Shown here: positions 7,953-14,098 of the stretch, one piece after another
Numbering within the stretch: the stretch's first letter is position 1
Layout: each line of letters begins with the position of its first letter
NCBI GenBank assembly: GCA_964619365.1
Contig: CAZUDQ010000009.1
Coordinates: forward strand, 35,904-50,001
Origin: an uncultured archaeon
Lineage (GTDB): Archaea; Altiarchaeota; Altiarchaeia; JAFGQM01
Length of the DNA stretch: 14,098 bases
Direction: 5' to 3'
Notes under the pieces: model-generated
Databases searched by the model: none
Seen by the model: only the letters and a program-made list of their open reading frames with translations
Told to the model about the DNA's origin: nothing
Position numbers and translations under genes: made by a program

Positions 7953-8734
7953 GCAGAATAGATTCAGTATTTGGGAGGCTTGGTGCCCAGGGGGAAAAGG
8001 CGCTTGTAGGATTCATTGAGGCGGGAGACCCGGATTATAAAAAAAGTCTTGATATTGCAGTTGGGATGTGCAAGGCGGGTGTTGATGTCTTAGAACTTGG
8101 CGTGCCATTTTCAGACCCGACGGCTGACGGCCCAGTAATCCAAGAGGGTAGTCAGCGCGCAATAAAATCCGGAATGAGTCTCCTTAAGGCAATACGTCTG
8201 GCCGCTGACATCAGAAATGAAGTGGGGAATGATGTTGCAATAGTCCTTTTTGGGTATTACAACCCCATATTTAAGTACGGGGCAAAGGAGTTTTATAACT
8301 ACTGCGTTTCAGCTGGAATCGACGGAGTCCTTGTTGTGGACTTACCTCCTGAAGAATCTGACGAATTGACAGCTCAGTTTGGGGATAAACTTGATTTCAT
8401 TCGCCTTATTGCCCCAACGACAAGTGATGCTCGCTTAAAGTCAATATGCGACTCGGCTTCAGGCTTTATCTATATGATATCACGGACAGGAGTTACTGGA
8501 TCTGGGAAGAAAATAGATACAGACTACATTAAGGAGAAAAGGAAAGAAATCTCAAGGCTATGTGAGCTTCCAGTATGCGTTGGCTTTGGAATATCTGATG
8601 CGCAAGACGCCGCCCTTATTGCTCCTTTCTGTGATGGTATTGTGATAGGAAGCGCCTTTGTCAAAAGGATTGGTGATGGGGCAAGTCCAAAGGATATGGC
8701 AGAGTTTGTAAGAAAGATAAAAAAGGAATTATAG
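7949..8734 (+). CDS. trpA: Tryptophan synthase alpha chain
   Basis: [22 protein letters not shown] (catalytic Glu/Asp), YYNP, VDLPPEE, LIAPTT, GVTG, VGFGIS and IGSA. Confidence 0.98.
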   Translation: MSRIDSVFGRLGAQGEKALVGFIEAGDPDYKKSLDIAVGMCKAGVDVLELGVPFSDPTADGPVIQEGSQRAIKSGMSLLKAIRLAADIRNEVGNDVAIVLFGYYNPIFKYGAKEFYNYCVSAGIDGVLVVDLPPEESDELTAQFGDKLDFIRLIAPTTSDARLKSICDSASGFIYMISRTGVTGSGKKIDTDYIKEKRKEISRLCELPVCVGFGISDAQDAALIAPFCDGIVIGSAFVKRIGDGASPKDMAEFVRKIKKEL

Positions 8735-8776
8735 GTTTTATTCTAGAGTCCTCAAAATAAGGGAATCATATTAAAA

Positions 8777-9661
8777 ATGGAAGCTAAAGGAACAACAAGA
8801 CTAAAGGAGGGGTTTGCCTCCATGATGAAGCACGGCGTAATAATGGATGTCACAACACCTGAGCAGGCCTCAATTGCTGAGGACGCAGGAGCCGTCTCAG
8901 TCATGGCTCTAGAGCGCGTACCAGCCGACATAAGGACACAAGGCGGTGTTGCAAGGATGTCAGACCCAATTATGATTGAAGGGATTATTGGAAACACAAC
9001 AATTCCTGTTATGGCAAAAGCAAGACTCGGCCACTTTGTCGAAGCCCAGATTTTAGAGGCACTTGGCGTTGACATGGTTGATGAGAGCGAAGTTTTAACA
9101 CCGGCTGACGAGGAGCATCACATTGATAAGAGTAAGTTTACAGTTCCCTTTGTCTGCGGCGCGAGAGATTTGGGTGAGGCCCTTAGGCGAATTGATGAGG
9201 GTGCGGCAATGATTAGGACAAAAGGTGAAGCCGGAACCGGAAACGTAGTTGAAGCTGTGCGCCACATGAATAAGATTAAATCTGAAATCGAAGAATTAAA
9301 GGGTCTTGATGCTGAAGGTCTTGCAAAGAAAGCTCGCGAGTACAATGTTCCGCTGGCACTAGTTGAGAAAACACGCGACCTTGGACGCTTAACTGTAGTC
9401 AACTTTGCGGCTGGCGGCATTGCAACGCCGGCTGATGCGGCACTTATGATGCAAATGGGCTGTGACGGTGTATTTGTCGGCTCAGGAATCTTTAAGTCAA
9501 AGAACCCAAAGAAAATGGCAATTGCAATCGTTGAAGCTGTGCGCAATTATGATAATGCTGAAAAGCTTGCCGAGATTTCAAAAGGTCTTGGTTCGGCGAT
9601 GCCTGGAATTGACATCCGCGACCTTGAGGATAAGGATCTTCTTGCAAAAAGAGGCGTCTAA
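8777..9661 (+). CDS. pdxS: Pyridoxal 5'-phosphate synthase, synthase subunit
   Basis: [51 protein letters not shown] and [32 protein letters not shown]. Confidence 0.98.
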   Translation: MEAKGTTRLKEGFASMMKHGVIMDVTTPEQASIAEDAGAVSVMALERVPADIRTQGGVARMSDPIMIEGIIGNTTIPVMAKARLGHFVEAQILEALGVDMVDESEVLTPADEEHHIDKSKFTVPFVCGARDLGEALRRIDEGAAMIRTKGEAGTGNVVEAVRHMNKIKSEIEELKGLDAEGLAKKAREYNVPLALVEKTRDLGRLTVVNFAAGGIATPADAALMMQMGCDGVFVGSGIFKSKNPKKMAIAIVEAVRNYDNAEKLAEISKGLGSAMPGIDIRDLEDKDLLAKRGV

Positions 9662-9668
9662 AGTTTCT

Positions 9669-10253
9669 ATGATAATCGGCGTCCTTGGAATCCAGGGGAA
9701 CCTTGAAGAACATGAGAAAGCAGCTAGGCTTGCTTTAGAGTCCCTTGGAAAAAAAGGTGAAGTTATTCGCGTTCGCGATATTAAGTCTCTTTCTAAAACT
9801 GACTGTCTGATAATTTCTGGGGGGGAATCTACAACCATGTGGAAGCTCCTGAAAAAAGACGGTCTTTGGGAGGGTTTAAAAGCTTATGAGAAACCCATTC
9901 TTGGAACGTGCGCCGGAATGATACTTTTGTCTAAGGAAGGGTCAGGGCGCGACTCTAAGAAGAGTGGGCAAGAGTTCTTGGGAAAAATTGATGCTGTTGT
10001 TAATCGTAATGCTTTTGGAAGGCAAAAGGAAAGCTTTGAGGCTGAGGTGGACTTCTGCGGGAAAAAGATTCCAGGGGTCTTTATTCGTGCGCCTTGTCTC
10101 GAGTCTGTGGGTGACGGGGTTGAAGTCTTGTCTAAGGACAAGGGGGGACGGATCCTCGCCGCGCGCGATAAGAAATCAAATGTTATGGTTACGGCGTTCC
10201 ACCCGGAGTTAACTGGGGATTTAGAAGTGTTGAGGGTGTTTTTAGGTAATTAG
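9669..10253 (+). CDS. pdxT: Pyridoxal 5'-phosphate synthase, glutaminase subunit
   Basis: MIIGVLGIQG, GGESTT, GTCAG (catalytic Cys), RNAFGRQKESF, FIRAP and FHPEL. The true start is ATG 9669, 7 nt after the pdxS stop; the ORF-track extension to 9462 lies inside pdxS. Confidence 0.95.
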   Translation: MIIGVLGIQGNLEEHEKAARLALESLGKKGEVIRVRDIKSLSKTDCLIISGGESTTMWKLLKKDGLWEGLKAYEKPILGTCAGMILLSKEGSGRDSKKSGQEFLGKIDAVVNRNAFGRQKESFEAEVDFCGKKIPGVFIRAPCLESVGDGVEVLSKDKGGRILAARDKKSNVMVTAFHPELTGDLEVLRVFLGN

Positions 10254-12901
10254 GCCTTTTCTTTCATCCACTCTTCAGTTATACTCTGCCACAAGTTATC
10301 TTTATTTTTAGATTCATAAAATTCCTCTAAAAAAGAATCTGGGTCTTCCTTCCATGCAATAAGTCTCTCGCACTTCTTAGAAAAAGTATTAAATGCTGTC
10401 TTTGCAGGAACTTTTGAATCTAAGTGTGCGTCCACGGTACCATTATTGATAGCTGGCCTAAGTCCTACATATGCCACAGCTACATCTATTTTTTCTAAGG
10501 GGATATCATGGATGAGTGAATAAGCTCGCTTGTAAGCTTCAAGTTGCTGTTTGTGTTTAGATTTCTCAGAACGATCCGTCTTCCAGTCGACTATAAGATA
10601 CATGTCATCTTTCTTAAAGACTGCGTCAATAAAGCCTTTAAATGAGAGATCTGAAGAGGTATCAATTATCCTATTTATCGGCACTGAGAAACGCTCTTCG
10701 GCACTAACGATATCGGGATACTGCGATTTTATGGTAGAAATGAGCTTATCGACATTATCTGTATACGATTTTATCTCTTTATCACTTTGGGTTTCTTCGC
10801 CAGTCAGTATATTTCTAGCGTAACTATGTACACGACTACCCACAATGACACCGTTTCCAAAATCGTTTATCTTAAGTATCTTTGATAGGAAATAATCCTG
10901 CGCATTATCTGCTAACTGACTATAAGATATATGATCAAGATCCCTGAAATAGTCATGGATGAAGGGAATCAACCATTTCTCTTCATCAGAGATAAGCTCT
11001 TTTGCCCGCTCGTATTCTCCAGCTACAAAAAGATTATATGCGCGCTTTGCTCGCTCATAGAAATCTGAGGATTCATTATCGTCTGTTTCTATTTCGCTTG
11101 TCTCTGAAAGCTCGCTTGAATACTTAGTTGAGTTCTCAGACATTATATAAAGTTTTTTCTTGGCTCTTGTAAATGCGACAAAATCTATGCGCAGGCCGTC
11201 TTCTTCAAGTTCTTCTTTTGCATTTATTCCCTTGCTTTTAAGGATCGCTTCGACTACTCTATCTTGGAAGTTCGTCTTATCTCTCGGTCGTGATGGGAGG
11301 TAGAGGACATTATCAAACTCGCGGCCTTTTGCCTTGTGAACTGTTGTTAAGATTATCTTTTCACTGCTTGAGGGTTCTTCGGAAAGTAAGTCAGACGAGT
11401 TAAGATAAGCGATGAGCGAATCAAGTTCCATATTGTCCAAAGTCGCCATAGCCTCCTCAAAAGCTCTTTGCACGCTTAATGTGGCTAAGAAGTACTCTTT
11501 CCCATAAGCTACTGAAACTGGCAATATATGCTCCCTAAAAAGTCGGTTTATGTCTTCTGTGTTACGGACACATCCCCTTAATCGTCTGAACTCGGGACAC
11601 CTTGCATAAATGCCTTCTAAGTCCAAGTTCTTCTTAGAACTTATCTTAAATGCATCCTGAATTGATATCGGGAAAAACGGAGTGTACATAGAGTTCCTTA
11701 GGTCCTGAGGATCAAAACTGAGGATGCCCTTAATGAAGGTGATGATATTTTCCTTTGCAGTCTTTGAACCTGAAAAGAAACTGCTTGAATGTTTTATCCC
11801 CCTTAAAGAAAGCTCACGCGAGACTTCCATTATTTGGGTATTTGTCCTAGCGATAACCGCAAGAGTCTCTTCGGTCTTTGCGATCTCTGCGACACAAGCG
11901 ATAAGCTTGTTGCGATCTATAGAGAATATCTTGGGCTTTTGGCATTTATCGCATTTTTTGTTATGCAAGCATTCTAACTCTTTTTGGTGCTCGTCCCGAG
12001 ACGTTCCGTTTATGAATTGGTTTGAAGCGTAATTCAAGATCTCATTAGAACTTCTGAAGTTCTCTGCCATTATGAACTGGTTTGAATCCTTAAAGAGTTC
12101 GAAATTGACTATCGAACCTCCTTGAAATCCAAATATGGCCTGTTTTTTATCTCCGACGACAAAAAACTTGTCTGCTGATTTCAAGGCTATCTCAGCTTCG
12201 AGTCTATTGACATCCTGGAGCTCGTCGACTAGGACGTTCTTATAATGTGGCGAGTTTTTCAATTTCAGGAAATCTATAAGGAGGTCTGTATAATCTAGGC
12301 CCTTATTGGCCTTTGTCTCTTCATAATGTTTAAAGGTTTCAACAAAGGCTTTTGCAAATATGATAAGCTCCTCTTTACTGTGTCTTTTGTCTTCCTCAAG
12401 GAGCTTGTTTACTTCGTCAAGGTCGATATCAGGGGGAGTTATCCCAAAGTTCTTAAGATATCTTATCAGATTCTCCATCTTAGGGACGATCTCGCTTATG
12501 AGGTATGAGTCCCCATAAGTCAGAACCTTGTTTGTCTTAATGTAATCAAATATCGAGTATCTAAGGAAGTTTGCAGTTATGATATCGGACTCATCAAGGT
12601 TCTCCTTAGCATAGGAGTGAAACGTGAAGATATTGAGTTTTGATTTATCAATTTCCAATCCACAATCTTTGATTAAGCCTAGTATCCTTGTCTCCATCTC
12701 GAGCTTTGCTTTGGTCGTAAAAGTCAAACAGAGAATGTCTTCTGGTGAGAGGCCACTTAAGAGTAGTTCCAGATATTTATAGGAAAGAAGCCTTGTTTTA
12801 CCAGTGCCTGGATTTGCTGTCACAAGGACATTACCTTCGCATTCCAAAATCTCTCGTTTTTCAGGGTTGAGCCCATCTAGGAGCGAACTTAGTTTATCCA
12901 T
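10250..12901 (-). CDS. UvrD/PcrA-family SF1A helicase fused to a C-terminal RecB-family PD-(D/E)XK nuclease (AddA/AdnB/RecB-like architecture)
   Basis: Helicase motifs: I ANPGTGKT, Ia LTFTTKA, Ib TFHS, II VDELQD, III VGDKKQAIFGFQG, IV ENFRS, IVa ARTN, V TVHKAKGREFD, VI VAFTRAK. Nuclease motifs: ISYSQL, GSRVH, E(ERF), GFIDA, IVDWKT and QQLEAY. Confidence 0.92.
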   Translation of the reverse strand: MDKLSSLLDGLNPEKREILECEGNVLVTANPGTGKTRLLSYKYLELLLSGLSPEDILCLTFTTKAKLEMETRILGLIKDCGLEIDKSKLNIFTFHSYAKENLDESDIITANFLRYSIFDYIKTNKVLTYGDSYLISEIVPKMENLIRYLKNFGITPPDIDLDEVNKLLEEDKRHSKEELIIFAKAFVETFKHYEETKANKGLDYTDLLIDFLKLKNSPHYKNVLVDELQDVNRLEAEIALKSADKFFVVGDKKQAIFGFQGGSIVNFELFKDSNQFIMAENFRSSNEILNYASNQFINGTSRDEHQKELECLHNKKCDKCQKPKIFSIDRNKLIACVAEIAKTEETLAVIARTNTQIMEVSRELSLRGIKHSSSFFSGSKTAKENIITFIKGILSFDPQDLRNSMYTPFFPISIQDAFKISSKKNLDLEGIYARCPEFRRLRGCVRNTEDINRLFREHILPVSVAYGKEYFLATLSVQRAFEEAMATLDNMELDSLIAYLNSSDLLSEEPSSSEKIILTTVHKAKGREFDNVLYLPSRPRDKTNFQDRVVEAILKSKGINAKEELEEDGLRIDFVAFTRAKKKLYIMSENSTKYSSELSETSEIETDDNESSDFYERAKRAYNLFVAGEYERAKELISDEEKWLIPFIHDYFRDLDHISYSQLADNAQDYFLSKILKINDFGNGVIVGSRVHSYARNILTGEETQSDKEIKSYTDNVDKLISTIKSQYPDIVSAEERFSVPINRIIDTSSDLSFKGFIDAVFKKDDMYLIVDWKTDRSEKSKHKQQLEAYKRAYSLIHDIPLEKIDVAVAYVGLRPAINNGTVDAHLDSKVPAKTAFNTFSKKCERLIAWKEDPDSFLEEFYESKNKDNLWQSITEEWMKEKA

Positions 12902-12930
12902 AATAGATTAGTCTAATTTTAAGGATAGTC

Positions 12931-12959
12931 AATAATAACAGAACATTGTTACTATTATT
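12931..12959. other. Imperfect AT-rich hairpin between the CRISPR trailer and the helicase start (possible terminator, processing or operator site)
   Basis: AATAAT-AACA-[GAACAT]-TGTT-(ACT bulge)-ATTATT. Confidence 0.3.
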
Positions 12960-12980
12960 ACCAATGGGACGACACTAAAG

Positions 12981-14098
12981 AATTTGACAATTGCCTTAGA
13001 CCATACTCACAACCACAGACACTTCAATCTACAATAGTAGAAATTTGACAATTGCCTTAGACATGAATCTGCCAATCCTCATCAGTCTCACAAATCTACA
13101 ATAGTAGAAATTTGACAATTGCCTTAGACTTTCTGCATTGTGGACTTTCTCCATAAATCTACAATAGTAGAAATTTGACAATTGCCTTAGACCAATATAT
13201 GGAAAAACTATATATTCACATCTACAATAGTAGAAATTTGACAATTGCCTTAGACAAAGACTAAATGTCATGGGTCAGGTGCGATCTACAATAGTAGAAA
13301 TTTGACAATTGCCTTAGACTTTCTCAAGATTACGTTTGTCAGTCCCGCAATCTACAATAGTAGAAATTTGACAATTGCCTTAGACGACACGAACTAATTG
13401 ATTTCCATCCCATTATCTACAATAGTAGAAATTTGACAATTGCCTTAGACTTCAAACTTAAACAAACAACTCTTAAATCTACAATAGTAGAAATTTGACA
13501 ATTGCCTTAGACAAATTCTCCTATGCAGGCATGGACGTATCTACAATAGTAGAAATTTGACAATTGCCTTAGACCAAGAGGCTCTATTTCTACTAGCAAT
13601 ACTATCTACAATAGTAGAAATTTGACAATTGCCTTAGACATTGGCTAGAGCTCCTGATAAGTCCTTACGATCTACAATAGTAGAAATTTGACAATTGCCT
13701 TAGACCTTCTGTGGACCAAAGTATTCAACCTGCGATCTACAATAGTAGAAATTTGACAATTGCCTTAGACTCGAATCGTCTAACCCTGTAAGCAAGTCAT
13801 CTACAATAGTAGAAATTTGACAATTGCCTTAGACCTATAAACTCATCGGGGACTTATTCTGATCTACAATAGTAGAAATTTGACAATTGCCTTAGACATT
13901 TTAGTGGATTCAGGCGCATCGGTATCTACAATAGTAGAAATTTGACAATTGCCTTAGACGCGAAAATCCGACAAGCCATGGTAGAATCTACAATAGTAGA
14001 AATTTGACAATTGCCTTAGACGAGTAAAGACAACCATTACACACGTTCAATCTACAATAGTAGAAATTTGACAATTGCCTTAGACCGAGAAGGTAAGC
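12981..14098 (-). CRISPR. CRISPR array with a Cas12a-type (type V-A family) repeat; truncated by the right edge of the window
   Basis: 17 identical 36-nt repeats ATCTACAATAGTAGAAATTTGACAATTGCCTTAGAC starting at 13027, 13094, 13157, 13220, 13284, 13350, 13415, 13477, 13539, 13604, 13670, 13735, 13799, 13862, 13924, 13986 and 14050. A partial terminal repeat lies at 12981-13001. There are 17 unique spacers of 25-31 nt and a partial 18th. The reverse complement GTCTAAGGCAATTGTCAAATTTCTACTATTGTAGAT ends in the canonical Cas12a handle AATTTCTAC-TATT-GTAGAT, so transcription is on the minus strand with the leader to the right. Confidence 0.98.

Noticed and set aside
9462-9668. N-terminal extension of PdxT in the ORF track
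   Set aside because: It lies almost entirely within pdxS in another frame; PdxT similarity begins at Met 9669.
2380-10212. Short antisense or alternative-frame ORFs within the trp and pdx genes (e.g. 4462-4965, 5003-5311, 7284-7625, 8752-9075, 9118-9546)
   Set aside because: They lie almost entirely within well-supported conserved genes and show no recognisable motifs.
10250-12901. Calling the helicase-nuclease Cas3, DinG or Cas4
   Set aside because: The motifs are SF1 UvrD-type rather than SF2, there is no HD domain, and the nuclease lacks the Cas4 Fe-S cysteines.
13029-13271. 80-aa minus-strand ORF with LRQLSNFYYCR repeats
   Set aside because: It is a translation of CRISPR repeats and spacers.
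13835-13861. Self-targeting: this spacer shares AACTCATCGG with chromosomal sites near 565 and 7537
   Set aside because: Only about 10 nt match, as expected by chance. No full-length spacer match was noticed in the window by eye; a proper alignment was not run.
13027-14085. TTGACA (bacterial -35 box) in every repeat on the plus strand as antisense promoters
   Set aside because: I saw no convincing -10 box at the right spacing in the spacers checked, and the host is probably archaeal.

Overview
Gene-dense window from a prokaryote, probably an archaeon (inferred from TATA-like promoters, an archaeal-like PdxS and a Cys-rich surface protein; not certain). From left to right: (1) the 3' end of an upstream gene whose tail is a near-perfect 51-bp tandem repeat encoding Ser/Arg/Lys-rich 17-mers; (2) a convergent, membrane-anchored 29-Cys protein with two duplicated domains and a Kazal-like C-terminus; (3) a tightly coupled tryptophan operon trpB2-trpE-trpG-trpD-trpC-trpB1-trpA that lacks trpF and is followed by the PLP synthase genes pdxS-pdxT; (4) a minus-strand UvrD/PcrA-type SF1 helicase fused to a RecB-family PD-(D/E)XK nuclease; (5) a CRISPR array with a Cas12a-type (type V-A) 36-nt repeat. 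The array has 17 identical repeats plus a degenerate terminal repeat and runs off the right edge. It is read on the minus strand and ends only about 65-80 bp upstream of the co-oriented helicase-nuclease gene. No cas gene is visible in the window. The best candidate for an undescribed system is this array/helicase-nuclease pairing, which needs flanking sequence and comparative genomics to test.
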